A stretch of DNA of 64,000 nucleotides from Polyangiales bacterium (GTDB lineage: Bacteria; Myxococcota_A; Polyangia; Polyangiales; Polyangiaceae), in assembly GCA_038230375.1 (NCBI GenBank), contig JBBRNJ010000008.1:101045-165044 (forward strand). The letters are read 5' to 3'. Position 1 is the stretch's first letter. Each line of letters starts with the position of its first letter. A program made the position numbers and the translations under genes. The notes beneath the pieces were generated by a model. That model did not search any database. It was not told the origin of the DNA and was given only the letters and a program-made list of their open reading frames with translations. Shown in pieces: positions 29,763-39,991 of this stretch.

Positions 29763-30899
29763 ATGCTCTCCGTCACCAGTGGCGCGCAGCGCCGAGCCGG
29801 CAAGGTGCTCATCGTCGACGACAACGTCGACCTGGTGTCGCAGCTCTCTGCCGTGCTGCTGGCACCCGCCTCCGATTCAACGCCGCTGTCTGTGGTCACG
29901 GCCGCGCGCGGCGCCGAGGCGCTGGTGCTCGCCAAGCGTGAGGGCTTCGACGTTGCCATCGTGGACGTGAAGCTGCCCGACGTGAGCGGCATCGATCTCA
30001 TCGCGCAGCTGAAGGACGCTTGCCCGTTCTCGGAGGTGGTGCTCATCACGGGCTTCGCGAGCGTGGATGCCGCCATCTCCGCGCTCCGCTCTGGCGCGTT
30101 CGCGTTCACGCTGAAATCGTTCCGGCCAGAGGAGCTCATTTCCACGGTGCAGCAGGCGCTGATGAAGGTGCAGCTCAAGGTCGAGCGGCGCAGCCTGGAG
30201 AAGCGGGCGGCAGACGCAGAGGCGCTGTCCGCGATGGGCGCGCTGGCGCTGAACCTGGCGCACGAGATCCGGAACCCGCTCAACGCCGCGGTGCTGCAGC
30301 TCCACCTGCTCGATCGCGGGGTGGACAAGCTCGAATGCGATCGCGACACCAAGGACGCGCTGAAGAAGCGCGCTGCGATCGTCGGCGACGAGATCGGTCG
30401 GCTGTCGCGCCTGCTCACCGAGTTCCTGGAGCTCGCGCGGCCCCGTGCGTTGGGGCGTGAGCCGGTGCACGTTGCCCGGCTGGTCGCGGACGTCCTGGAC
30501 CTCTATCGCGAGACGGCAGATGCGCGCGGCATCGAGATCATCCGCGACCTTGCCGCGGACGGTACGACGCTCCTCGGCGATGCAGAGAAGCTGAAGCAGG
30601 TCGTGCTCAACCTGGTCGTGAACGCCATGGAGGCCATGAAGCAGGGCGGGACGCTGTCAGTTCGGGTCGCATCCGAGGCCGACCACGTGGAGATCTCAGT
30701 CTCGGATACGGGAACCGGAATCCCGCCCGAGGCCATCGAGCACGTGTTCGATCCTTTCTTCACGACGAAGGAGGCAGGCACGGGCCTTGGCCTGTCCATC
30801 GTGCGCAAGATCGTCGATCAGCACGGCGGAGAGATCCGGATCGAGACGGAGCCCGGCCGCGGCGCACACGTGCGCGTCACCATCCCCAGCGGAAAGTAG
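29763..30899 (+). CDS. Cytoplasmic hybrid kinase (REC-HisKA-HATPase)
   Basis: IVDD..DVKLPD receiver; LAHEIRNPL, NLVVNA, DTGTGI and FFTTKEAGTGLGL. Confidence 0.93.
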   Translation: MLSVTSGAQRRAGKVLIVDDNVDLVSQLSAVLLAPASDSTPLSVVTAARGAEALVLAKREGFDVAIVDVKLPDVSGIDLIAQLKDACPFSEVVLITGFASVDAAISALRSGAFAFTLKSFRPEELISTVQQALMKVQLKVERRSLEKRAADAEALSAMGALALNLAHEIRNPLNAAVLQLHLLDRGVDKLECDRDTKDALKKRAAIVGDEIGRLSRLLTEFLELARPRALGREPVHVARLVADVLDLYRETADARGIEIIRDLAADGTTLLGDAEKLKQVVLNLVVNAMEAMKQGGTLSVRVASEADHVEISVSDTGTGIPPEAIEHVFDPFFTTKEAGTGLGLSIVRKIVDQHGGEIRIETEPGRGAHVRVTIPSGK

Positions 30900-30938
30900 C
30901 GACGCGGACCGTGTTCGAACGTCCGCGCTCGACGCAGA

Positions 30939-31562
30939 CTACCGGCCCGGCGGGCGGAGCGGGAGCACCTGGGTGCTGACCGGCGGCGGCGGGATCTTGC
31001 CAGAGGTCTTGCCGTCCGGAGAGTCGCTGGCCTCGAGCGACATGATCGCGCCGAAGATGCGGTCCATGCCGTACTCGATCGTGGCTTCGCGGATGAAGGT
31101 GTTCACGATGCGGATGAGGCGCAGGCTGGTGGTCTTGCCAAGATCGCTCTCGCGCTCGAGGAAGGCCTCGAACGTGCCGAAGCCCTTCGCCTCGTACAGG
31201 CGCTTGGCCTGGATGTCGCGCAGGACGATGCCGATGTCGTAGAACCCCTTGTTCATGTTCTTGCGCAGCTGCTTGATCTGCACGAGAGCATTGTGGAGGA
31301 GGCCAATCTTCGCCTTGATGTCCTCCGCGCCGCTGGGCGTGCGGATCGTCGCGCGTGCGCTGCCGGGAAGGGGCGGCTCAGCCGCGCGAGCGCGGGCCTC
31401 CGCGGCGTGTTTGGCGGCGTGGCGTGCGGCCCAGGGAGCGGCGCCGCGGAGCCCGAGCTTTCGCTTCGGCTGCTCTGCGCCCTTCGCTGAGGTCGAACCC
31501 TTCGAAGCCGTTTTACCGGACTTCGTGTCTGCTTTGCCCTTTTGTGCCTTCTTGGTCGCCAT
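30939..31562 (-). CDS. Hypothetical basic protein with DUF3102-like helical domain
   Basis: Lys-rich N-terminus; IGIVLRDIQAKRLYEAKGFGTFEAFLERE. Confidence 0.65.
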   Translation of the reverse strand: MATKKAQKGKADTKSGKTASKGSTSAKGAEQPKRKLGLRGAAPWAARHAAKHAAEARARAAEPPLPGSARATIRTPSGAEDIKAKIGLLHNALVQIKQLRKNMNKGFYDIGIVLRDIQAKRLYEAKGFGTFEAFLERESDLGKTTSLRLIRIVNTFIREATIEYGMDRIFGAIMSLEASDSPDGKTSGKIPPPPVSTQVLPLRPPGR

Positions 31563-31698
31563 CGTTCTCGGTGTCTCCGGAGCTATGCCGAAAGAGGCAG
31601 CCACCGAAGATTTCCCCTACATTGGGACGAGGTCCTAGCAGATAGCTACCGAGTGAGTAAACTCTGTTCTGTGGTAAATCGGGCCTCGTTCAGGTTCC

Positions 31699-32649
31699 AT
31701 GGCCGTTCTCACGCCTCAAGTCCGTGACCAGCTCGAACGGGCGCTCAGCGCCTACGACCTTGGCGTGCTCGAAGCGTTTTCGCCGGTGGAGCGCGGGACG
31801 GTGAACACGAGCTACGCGCTCACGATCGCAGGAACGGGCTATTTTTTCAGGCTGTACGAGGAACAGGATCTGGAAGGCGCGAGGGCCGAGGCCCGCCTTC
31901 TCGCCCATCTCCGCAAGGGCGGGGCAAGGACCCCGGCGCCCGTCATGCGCAGGGACGAGGAGCTCGTGGGCGTTCACGAGGGTAAGGCCTTCGCGGTCTT
32001 TCCGTTCGTCCGCGGCGACATGCGGTGCCAGAGGGCCGTCACCGCGGGGGATACGGCGCAGCTCGGCGCCGAGATCGCGCGGCTGCACGTGGCGGCGCGC
32101 GGCGCGGAGCTCCGGCCCAGTCGCTTTCGCGTGAAGGATCTCGAGGATCGGCTCTCGCAGATCCGGAAGGACGCACCACCCGCGCTGGCGGCCCACACCG
32201 ACCTGCTCGCCGAGCGCCTTGTCGCCTCCGAGGCCGGGCGCGCACGCAGTGCATCCGGCGAGACGCTCATGATTCACGGCGACCTCTTTCGCGACAACGT
32301 GCTGTTCGACGGAGACGACATCGCGAGCGTGCTCGACTTCGAGAGCGCGGGGCAGGGGACCCGCAGCTACGATCTGGCCGTGGCGCTGCTCGCATTCTGT
32401 TTCCGTGATCGCTTCGACTGGGCGATCGCGCGGTCACTGGTTTCGTCCTACGAGGCCGCATACGGCTTGCAATCCGCGCCGAAGGAGGCTCTGTACTGGG
32501 ACGCTTGCTTCGGCACCGTACGCTTCACGATCACGCGCATCACGGACTCCGCGATGCGTGGTGGGAAAAAGGACTTCCGCCGGTTCCTCGCGCGGCAGGC
32601 GGAGCTGTTCGCACTGGGGCCCGCCGGCTTTTCGGAGGTGCTCTCATGA
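31699..32649 (+). CDS. thrB: Homoserine kinase type II (APH superfamily)
   Basis: GTVNTSY, IHGDLFRDNVLF, LDF and RFTITR motifs. Confidence 0.8.
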   Translation: MAVLTPQVRDQLERALSAYDLGVLEAFSPVERGTVNTSYALTIAGTGYFFRLYEEQDLEGARAEARLLAHLRKGGARTPAPVMRRDEELVGVHEGKAFAVFPFVRGDMRCQRAVTAGDTAQLGAEIARLHVAARGAELRPSRFRVKDLEDRLSQIRKDAPPALAAHTDLLAERLVASEAGRARSASGETLMIHGDLFRDNVLFDGDDIASVLDFESAGQGTRSYDLAVALLAFCFRDRFDWAIARSLVSSYEAAYGLQSAPKEALYWDACFGTVRFTITRITDSAMRGGKKDFRRFLARQAELFALGPAGFSEVLS

Positions 32650-33299
32650 GCCGCGCGCGTGACATCACTGCGCGGAGCAGAGCGCCGCGCGTTGTACGGC
32701 TTGCGTTGGTCGCGTTGGTCGCGCTGCTCGCGTTGCTCACGTTTTCCCCAAGCGCACGTGCGTTCGACACCGAGCTCCCGCCTCCCACCGCCGACGTTCG
32801 CCAGCCGATGTACCAGCCCACGCTCGGCTGGTTTGCGGCGCAGCTGCTCCCCAGTCCGGAGATCGCGGGCGGAAGTCAGGGCGCAGCGTGGGGCCTCAAG
32901 TGGCAGCTCACGCCCGTGGCGTATTCGTGGGGCGTGTACCGGAAGATCTCCCCATGGCGATTCGGGGTGGTTGATCCCACTGCGCGTCAGTCCGGCTCCG
33001 TGGAGCTCTACGTCTCGCCCGAGTACGTCTACTTTCCGACGCATTCAGGGACGCCCAGCTGGAAGGGCGACGAGCTGTTCTTGCGCTATGGAGGCCGCGC
33101 GTATTTTCCGCTCTGGGAGCGCGGCGAGTTCCTCTCCACATCCATCGGCGCGTCCGTGTACGAGTTCAATGGAAGCTGGGCCACGGCCTACGAGGCGGGC
33201 GTGTACGGCGTTGGCGGGCTCGTGGGTCTGCAAGTAAACGTCTCGCCGTCCTCGGGACCACTGCGCGTCGTCTCCACCGCCGTGCTGAGGTTCTTCTGA
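32646..33299 (+). CDS. Hypothetical secreted or outer-membrane protein
   Basis: Signal peptide; aromatic beta-strands; ends LRFF; overlaps both neighbours. Confidence 0.65.
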   Translation: MSRARDITARSRAPRVVRLALVALVALLALLTFSPSARAFDTELPPPTADVRQPMYQPTLGWFAAQLLPSPEIAGGSQGAAWGLKWQLTPVAYSWGVYRKISPWRFGVVDPTARQSGSVELYVSPEYVYFPTHSGTPSWKGDELFLRYGGRAYFPLWERGEFLSTSIGASVYEFNGSWATAYEAGVYGVGGLVGLQVNVSPSSGPLRVVSTAVLRFF

Positions 33300-34369
33300 T
33301 GCGCGCGCAACGCTCCATTCGCGTGGCGACGCTTGCGGCCTGCGCGGCCCTGACGCTCGCGCTCGGCATCGCGTCCACCGGGTGCTCGGTCGTCTCGCGG
33401 CAGATGCGCGCGTACACGGATGGGCCCACACCCACGCGCAAGGCGGATCTGGGGACGCTCTACGCAAAGGACGCGCGGCTATCTGCGCTCTGGATCGGCC
33501 ACGCGTCGGTGCTCGTGCGCATGGATGACCGCTTCTTCCTTGCGGACCCGGTGCTCGGAAATCAGGTCGGTGCCTTCTCGCGTAGGCTTGTCGCCGCAGG
33601 CATGTCGGCGGAGGAGCTTCCGCCGGCCCTCACCGTGCTCATCTCGCACGCGCACTTCGATCATCTGTCGTTGGGAACGCTCACGCAGATCGATGCGAAG
33701 GTGCGCCGCGCATACGTGCCGGTGGGCACCGCGTGCTACCTGCCAAACGTGTCCTTCGACGCGCGCGAGCTGGGTGCCTTCAAGGCCGACGAGGACCTGG
33801 GCTTCAAGGTGACGGCGGTCCCCGTGAAGCATCGGGGCGGCCGCTACGGCGCCGACGAGATGTGGAACGAGGAGACGTTCACCGGCTACGTCATCGAGTA
33901 CCACGGCCTCACGGTCTTCTTCGGCGGCGACACCGGCTACGACGGCGCGCTCTGGAAGAGGGTGAAGAACCGCTTCCCGTCGATCGATCTCGCGATCCTC
34001 CCGATCGGCCCGATCCATCCGCGGCCCTTCATGCGCGGCATGCACGTGGATGGCTACGAGGCCGTGAGCACCTTCCAGGATCTAGGTGCAAAGTACATGC
34101 TTCCGATGCACTTCGCGACGTTCGTGAACTCCACGGACGACGACGGGGAGGACCTTACGCGGTTCCAGGATGCAGTGAAGCAAGCGAAGGTGGAGCCGAC
34201 CCGCGCGTTTGCCCTGGTCCAGGGAGAGGCGCACATCTACGTGAAGAAGGATGCAACGGACGGCCCCGATGAGCCGAAGCAGGCGTCGCCCACGGAAGAG
34301 AGCAAGACCAACGCGCCCGAGCATGACGCACCAAAGAAGGACGACGACGACACGCGCATGGGCGACTGA
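33299..34369 (+). CDS. MBL-fold hydrolase (NAPE-PLD/RomA-like) lipoprotein
   Basis: WIGHAS, ADP, SHAHFDHL, FFGGDTGY, LPIG and PMHF motifs. Confidence 0.9.
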   Translation: MRAQRSIRVATLAACAALTLALGIASTGCSVVSRQMRAYTDGPTPTRKADLGTLYAKDARLSALWIGHASVLVRMDDRFFLADPVLGNQVGAFSRRLVAAGMSAEELPPALTVLISHAHFDHLSLGTLTQIDAKVRRAYVPVGTACYLPNVSFDARELGAFKADEDLGFKVTAVPVKHRGGRYGADEMWNEETFTGYVIEYHGLTVFFGGDTGYDGALWKRVKNRFPSIDLAILPIGPIHPRPFMRGMHVDGYEAVSTFQDLGAKYMLPMHFATFVNSTDDDGEDLTRFQDAVKQAKVEPTRAFALVQGEAHIYVKKDATDGPDEPKQASPTEESKTNAPEHDAPKKDDDDTRMGD

Positions 34370-34521
34370 CCGGCCCCTCACGAAGTTCTGGAAGGGTACC
34401 GCGCAGCTCTCGCCGGGGACCATCGAGCCCATCATGTTGGCGGAGTGCCTCAGGGACTGCGAGATCGTGCAGCCCGGCTGATCGTCTTCCGCGCGGGCGC
34501 CAGGGCACGTAGTCTCGCACG

Positions 34522-37500
34522 ATGAAGAGGCTCTCGGCGTCACGCCTGCTCTCTGCGCTCGCGCTGGTCGCATTGTCGTGTGGCGGCCAAGGCGCGCCGA
34601 AGGTCGCAGCGGGTGACTCGCCTGGCAGCGCGGCGATGCCGGCGGACGGAGCCGTGCCCTTGCTCCGTACCGGCGCGTTCCACATCACGGACCATCCGGA
34701 GCCGATCGCGGGCACGGTCATGCGCGCGAGCGTCGATCGCGGGATGGAGACACTGGAGGTCTCCTTCGAGCAGCGCAGCGGCGAAGGCTATGTTGCCGCT
34801 CCGGGCGCGTACACCGTTCATGTGCCGGGAAGCGCTGCGTACTCCTTCTCGGACCGCGCGGGCGGCCGGTCCGATGATGGGACCGCAACCAAGGCATGGA
34901 TCCGTCGGCCAGCCTCCGCCGCGGGCACGCCGCTCACGTTCGACATCTACGTGTTGAGCGACACCGACGATCGCGGAGGCGCGCTCTTGCATGTTCGCGC
35001 GTCGGATGCCGCCGTGCCGAAGAGCGATCTCGCGGTGCTCCTGGACTTCGAGGTCGCGCTGCGCGAGCGGCTAGGTGAGTCGATGGCGGGCCACGCGCGG
35101 CGCGGTGCATGGCAGTCGTTCGCGTACGCGCGGCTGCACGAGCTGTACGACGACGACAAGCCTCCTCCTCCACCGGTCCCACCGCCTGCGCTCCCTCCGC
35201 CTCCGAAGACGAAGCCGGGCGCGAAGCCAGGCGCGAAGCCAGGGAAGCCGCCGCCGCGCGGCACGAGGCCTCCGCCTGCACCGCCGCCGCCTCCTCCGCC
35301 TCCGCGGCCTGCGCCGGCCGTTGTGACGGGGCCCACGGCGGTGCGCCCACAGTCGACGGGCGAGCTCGCAGGGTTGATGGAGACCAGCACTGGCGCCCTT
35401 GCCGTACAGGAGGCGCTGCAGGCCGATCGTGCGCTCTTCCTGGGCGCCGCGCGCGAGAAGCCCACGCTTCCGATCGCGTCGCTCACGCGGCCGAAGCTCG
35501 CCGTGCATCCGTGGGAGCGCATGTCGAAGTCGCTCGGCGTGGCGCCGCCGAAGGAGCCGCTCGCGGACGCGACGCCCGCGGAGTTCTGGTTCGTGCGCGC
35601 AGCCAGCTACGACGCGCTCACCATGCTGCTGGACCAGGCGGATGCGTGGGGTACCCCCGCCTCGCATGCGCTGGACCGCGACCCGCTCGATCATGCGCTG
35701 TCCGCGCGCTACGAGGCGGAGCTGGGCATAGAGCGCGGTCCACTGTCGCGCGCGCTGGGCGGGAAGGTGGTCTCCGAGCTCGCGATCACCGGCAGCGATC
35801 CCTACCTGCGCGAAGGAACCGACGTCACGATCGTCTTCCGTGTGAAGGATCGCGCGCTGTTCGGTGCAGCGCTCGCGGCGGCGGTGCAGAATCACGCCCG
35901 GACGCATGGCGCGGTGACCACATCGCAGGTGTCGCTGGGCGGCGTGAACGTGGCTGTCGCGCGGTCGCAGGACGGCACCGTGCGCCAGCACCGCGCGTCG
36001 CTCGGCGATCTGGAGATCGTGAGCAACAGCCCGACGGGGATCACGCGCGTTCTCCTCGCGGCCCAGGGAAAGCGTCCTCGCCTCTCGGACGAGCTTGATT
36101 TCCAGTACATGCTCGCGCGCGACAAGGCGACGCCGTCCGACGTGCTCGCGTACATGAGCGACAGGTTCGTGGCCGAGGTCACCGGACCCGCGCAGAAGAT
36201 CGGCGAAGCGCGCCGCCAGCTCGCGCTCGGTGAGCTGCTCACCCCCGGATTCGCGTCGCTGCTCTACGGGCACCTCTATGGCAAGAGCCCCGCCTCCGTG
36301 GACGACCTGGTCGCGGCGAAGATCTTCGCCCGGTCCGAGCTCACGCATGCCACGGGTGAGCAGATCTCATGGAAGCCGGGAGAGACGGCGCGCTCACGCT
36401 TCGGCACTCCCGCGGAGCTCGTGCCGCTCATCGACATGGGCACCGTGGACAACGTCACGGAGTCGGAGAAGCAGAGCTACGAGCGCTTCGCCCGCGGGTA
36501 CGAGAACGACTGGGGCACGTACATCGATCCCATAGCGCTCCGCATCGCCGCCAAGAAGGTCGGTGAGCACACCGAGCTCACGGTGGACCTGCGCGAGCTG
36601 CCGCTGATCGACGGCTCTGGCTACAACTCGATCCAGCGCGAGGCCGGCGACGCCCGCTTCGACGCCGCACCACTGGCCAGCGGCGCACGGGTCATCCTTG
36701 CGCTCGGTGAGGACTCGCGGCTGCGCAAGGAGCTCTCCGCCAGCAAGAGCCTCTTTGGTCGCCGCGACGTGCAGTTCGATTGGGTGGGCGACTTTGGCTC
36801 CATCGGCGTGCTCGACCGCGCTGCGCTCGCGCAGTGCATCCTCACGCTGGGCAAGTACACGCACGTCTCCCAGATGCCGGAGAGCAAGGCCAAGCGGCTT
36901 CACGATGCGGACTTCATCGCCGCGCTCTCGAAGCTCCCCGTCTACGCCGAGATCGGCGTGAAGAACCCCGTGGGCGCGACCCTCGCGCTTGCCGCGCTCC
37001 GCTCACTGGCCGAGGACTCCGCGCCGGGCCTGGTCCGGTTCGGCCAGGCGAAGGCCTACCGCGACGTGCAGATCGTGCGGATCAGCATGGACGCGGAGAA
37101 GGCGAAATCGGAGTTCAAGGCCGACGTCGACGTGAATGTGTATTATGCACTCACCAAGGGCGCGCTCGTGATCGCCCTCAGTGAGATGGCCATTCATTCG
37201 ATCATCGATGCAAGACTCGACGGGAAGGCGGCGGTGCCGGCGGCTCCGGGGTCTGGGAGTCAGCTCTCCCTCGAGGCGTCGAGCGAGCGCGGCCGCGCGT
37301 TGTGGACGTCGCTCGCGTGGGTCGCGGAGGGCGAGCTGCTCGACCGCGGTGACGGCGCATCGGCGTCCATGGCGGAGGCGCTGCTTCGCGGTGCACCGGA
37401 GGCCGCGTCCGATCCGGCGCGGGCGCGCTCCCTCGCATTCGCCTATTTCGGTTCCGCGCCGCTCACGCCTGATGGTGGCGCGTACACACTGGGGCCCGAC

Positions 37501-37698
37501 GGTCTCAAGGATCCGGTGCGCGGCACCCTCTTCGCGCCCGCGTGGCCGAACTTACCGGTCCCTGGCTCGCCCATCGATGCGTTGCTCTCGGCGATCACGC
37601 ACGCGCGCGCGGACCTCTCGTTCGACGACGAAGGAAAGGACACCGCCGGGCAGTCCATGAAGAGCCTGCACGCGCACGTCACCACGGTGGTGCGTTGA
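34522..37698 (+). CDS. Large hypothetical lipoprotein (1058 aa) with poly-Pro linker
   Basis: Lipobox ALSC; poly-Pro/KPGA linker near 35160-35320; beta-rich remainder; stop overlaps the next gene. Confidence 0.8.
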   Translation: MKRLSASRLLSALALVALSCGGQGAPKVAAGDSPGSAAMPADGAVPLLRTGAFHITDHPEPIAGTVMRASVDRGMETLEVSFEQRSGEGYVAAPGAYTVHVPGSAAYSFSDRAGGRSDDGTATKAWIRRPASAAGTPLTFDIYVLSDTDDRGGALLHVRASDAAVPKSDLAVLLDFEVALRERLGESMAGHARRGAWQSFAYARLHELYDDDKPPPPPVPPPALPPPPKTKPGAKPGAKPGKPPPRGTRPPPAPPPPPPPPRPAPAVVTGPTAVRPQSTGELAGLMETSTGALAVQEALQADRALFLGAAREKPTLPIASLTRPKLAVHPWERMSKSLGVAPPKEPLADATPAEFWFVRAASYDALTMLLDQADAWGTPASHALDRDPLDHALSARYEAELGIERGPLSRALGGKVVSELAITGSDPYLREGTDVTIVFRVKDRALFGAALAAAVQNHARTHGAVTTSQVSLGGVNVAVARSQDGTVRQHRASLGDLEIVSNSPTGITRVLLAAQGKRPRLSDELDFQYMLARDKATPSDVLAYMSDRFVAEVTGPAQKIGEARRQLALGELLTPGFASLLYGHLYGKSPASVDDLVAAKIFARSELTHATGEQISWKPGETARSRFGTPAELVPLIDMGTVDNVTESEKQSYERFARGYENDWGTYIDPIALRIAAKKVGEHTELTVDLRELPLIDGSGYNSIQREAGDARFDAAPLASGARVILALGEDSRLRKELSASKSLFGRRDVQFDWVGDFGSIGVLDRAALAQCILTLGKYTHVSQMPESKAKRLHDADFIAALSKLPVYAEIGVKNPVGATLALAALRSLAEDSAPGLVRFGQAKAYRDVQIVRISMDAEKAKSEFKADVDVNVYYALTKGALVIALSEMAIHSIIDARLDGKAAVPAAPGSGSQLSLEASSERGRALWTSLAWVAEGELLDRGDGASASMAEALLRGAPEAASDPARARSLAFAYFGSAPLTPDGGAYTLGPDGLKDPVRGTLFAPAWPNLPVPGSPIDALLSAITHARADLSFDDEGKDTAGQSMKSLHAHVTTVVR

Positions 37699-38690
37699 GC
37701 GAGCGCCTCGAACAGACCCTCGCGGGCCTCTCCATCTTCGCGCCGCTGCGGCCGGACGAGGTGGGGCGGCTTGCGCGCAAGTTCGAGGTCGCCTCCGTGG
37801 ACGAGCCCATCACGTTTGCGGCGGACGCACCGCGCATGGTGGTCGTGGTCACCGGCATCGTGAACCTGGATCTGGATCTGGGACACGCGGTCGCGCGCGC
37901 ACGGCTGCGTCCCGGCGACGCCTGGGGGGAGGTGCAGCTCCTCTCGGGCCGTTCGCACAAGGTGACTGCCGTGGGCGCGGAGCCCGGCGCGATCATCGCG
38001 CTGCTGTCGGAGGCGAACCTGCGCGAGATCCTGGCCGAATATCCGGTCGTCGGGCTCCCGCTCGCGACGCAGCTCGCGTCGTACCTGGGAAGCAAGAACG
38101 ACGAGCGGCGGCGCGTCCTGGAGCTTCACGCCGAGATGATCGCGGGTGATGCCCTCGCGGAGGCCGTGCGTGACGAGCGCGAGGCCGTCGTGAATCGCGC
38201 CGTGAAGGTCACGCGCACCGGACCGCGCGCGCTGTTCTCCGCGCTCGTCGTCCGCAAGGGCGCAGAGCCGCCGTTCTGGATGTTGCTCGGCTTCCTGACC
38301 TCCCTCGCGGGCGCGCGCCTCGTGGTCGCCACGATCCTGAAGTACGGCCTGGAGAAGCGGCTCTTCGCGCTGGTGCAGGGCAACGACCCGAACCCCATGC
38401 ACGTGCACCACTTCAACTACGGACTCATCCTGGCTAGCGTCGCTGGCATCTCTGCGATGCTCCCGCTTGGCCGCCGCGCGCTGCGCGTGCTTGCAGCGAT
38501 CTTCGGCATCGGCATCGGGCTCATCTTCGACGAGTTCGCGCTCATCTGGAACCTGAACCCCGAGTACTCGCAGAGCCTCAGCCTCATCACCGCCGCGCTG
38601 GTCGGCATAGCGCTCGTGCAGGTGGTGTGGTTCCGGACGTTCTGGGCGGCGATCGTGCGCCGCTTCCTGGTCTCCCGGAGGCGCGCATGA
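37695..38690 (+). CDS. cNMP-binding-like domain fused to a 4-TM domain carrying HVHHxxxG and DE motifs
   Basis: TTG start overlaps upstream TGA; PGDAWGEVQLL; HVHHFNYG; GIGLIFDEFAL. Confidence 0.8.
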   Translation: MSERLEQTLAGLSIFAPLRPDEVGRLARKFEVASVDEPITFAADAPRMVVVVTGIVNLDLDLGHAVARARLRPGDAWGEVQLLSGRSHKVTAVGAEPGAIIALLSEANLREILAEYPVVGLPLATQLASYLGSKNDERRRVLELHAEMIAGDALAEAVRDEREAVVNRAVKVTRTGPRALFSALVVRKGAEPPFWMLLGFLTSLAGARLVVATILKYGLEKRLFALVQGNDPNPMHVHHFNYGLILASVAGISAMLPLGRRALRVLAAIFGIGIGLIFDEFALIWNLNPEYSQSLSLITAALVGIALVQVVWFRTFWAAIVRRFLVSRRRA

Positions 38691-39691
38691 CGGCGCTCGC
38701 CGACACGCTTGCGAAGGTCCCGTTCCTCTCAGTGCTCGACGCGGACACACGAGCCGAGCTGGCAACGCGCGGCGATACGCGCACGTACAGTGATGGCGCG
38801 CGGCTGGTGTCGGAGCTGGAGCCGGGCGCGGATGTGTTCGTCATCCTGGAAGGGAAGGCGGAGGTCTCCGTCGAGCCGCGCAAGGGTGAGCGCGAGGTCG
38901 TCACCGTGCTCGGACCCGGCGGTGCGTTCGGTGAGATGTCGTCGCTCACGGGGGAGCTGCGCTCCGCCACGGTCACCGCGAAGGGCTCGGTCACAGCGCT
39001 GGTGATCGCGGACGCGGAGTTCGATCGTCTCCGCGATCGACGTCCGGAGGTCGCGGTCGCGCTTGTCTCCATCCTCGCCAAGCGCATCGCGGAGGCCGAG
39101 GCCGCGGTGGACGCGCTGATCTCCGGTCCGGCATCTGCGCCCCCACCAGAGGTGAAGAAGAAGAAGCAGGCGCGGGGCTCGCTGCGGCGGATCTGGCTCG
39201 AGCTCGTGGTGAACCGGAAGCGGGACCTGCCGTTCCTGACGCTCGCCTCGTTCCTGTCCACGCTCGCCCTTGTGCGGCTCGTCGTCTACATCGCGTTCGT
39301 GGAGAGCTTTGCACCGCGCGAGGTGCTGCGCGGCGCGTACATGATCGGGTTCGCGCTGGTGCTGTCGTCCGCGGCCGCGTCGCTCCTCACGTTCAGGCCG
39401 GGAACCCGTCGCTTCATCGCGATCGCCTATGGCATCGGCGGCGCGCTCATCCTGAACGAGCTCGGCGTCACGCTGGCGTTCGACATCTTCTACAAGGACA
39501 TCCACACCGCCGACCCCAACGTCCCGTTCGACGTGGAGCGCCTCTACCGCCGGTCCGAGCCGCTGCGCGCGATCGTGATGGGGGTCGTGGTGCTCATTCA
39601 GCTCGTATACCTGCGCCGCTTCTGGGCGCGTCTCTACTTCATCGCAAAGACCCGCGTGCTGGGCCTGCTCTGGAAGAAGAAGCAGAGCTGA
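38687..39691 (+). CDS. cNMP-binding domain fused to a 4-TM domain (paralog of the preceding gene)
   Basis: Canonical FGEMSSLTGELRSATVTA; GIGGALILNEL; ATGA overlap. Confidence 0.85.
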   Translation: MTALADTLAKVPFLSVLDADTRAELATRGDTRTYSDGARLVSELEPGADVFVILEGKAEVSVEPRKGEREVVTVLGPGGAFGEMSSLTGELRSATVTAKGSVTALVIADAEFDRLRDRRPEVAVALVSILAKRIAEAEAAVDALISGPASAPPPEVKKKKQARGSLRRIWLELVVNRKRDLPFLTLASFLSTLALVRLVVYIAFVESFAPREVLRGAYMIGFALVLSSAAASLLTFRPGTRRFIAIAYGIGGALILNELGVTLAFDIFYKDIHTADPNVPFDVERLYRRSEPLRAIVMGVVVLIQLVYLRRFWARLYFIAKTRVLGLLWKKKQS

Positions 39692-39747
39692 AACACAGGA
39701 ACGCGGGGCAGGCGCGCGCGCGCGCAAGGCGGTGCTACACTCCTGAT

Positions 39748-39972
39748 GTGCCCGAGTTCACCGCAGAGTCACTGATTGCGTCGCTGATCGTGAGCAGCAT
39801 CGGCACGGTCGCGTTCATCTACGGGAAGAGGCAGTCGCGCGTCCCGCACATGGCGGTCGGCGTGCTGCTCTGCGTCTTCCCGTACTTCGTCGAGAACCTG
39901 TACCTGGTAGGCGGCATCACCGTGCTCTTGCTCGGTGCGCTCTGGGGCAGCGTGAAGTTCCTGAACTTGTGA
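39748..39972 (+). CDS. Small membrane protein (74 aa)
   Basis: Hydrophobic; SSIG..FIYGKRQ..PYFV; high GC3. Confidence 0.7.
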   Translation: MPEFTAESLIASLIVSSIGTVAFIYGKRQSRVPHMAVGVLLCVFPYFVENLYLVGGITVLLLGALWGSVKFLNL

Positions 39973-39991
39973 GGTTCGCAGAGCGATCGCT

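Noticed and set aside
34370..34481. Coding-like stretch LTKFWKGTAQLSPGTIEPIMLAECLRDCEIVQPG*
   Set aside because: High GC3 but no start codon or RBS at its 5' end; possibly a gene remnant, too short to support
37695..39691. Pycsar/CBASS anti-phage system
   Set aside because: No cyclase or CD-NTase nearby and no defence-island context; kept only as an unknown cNMP system
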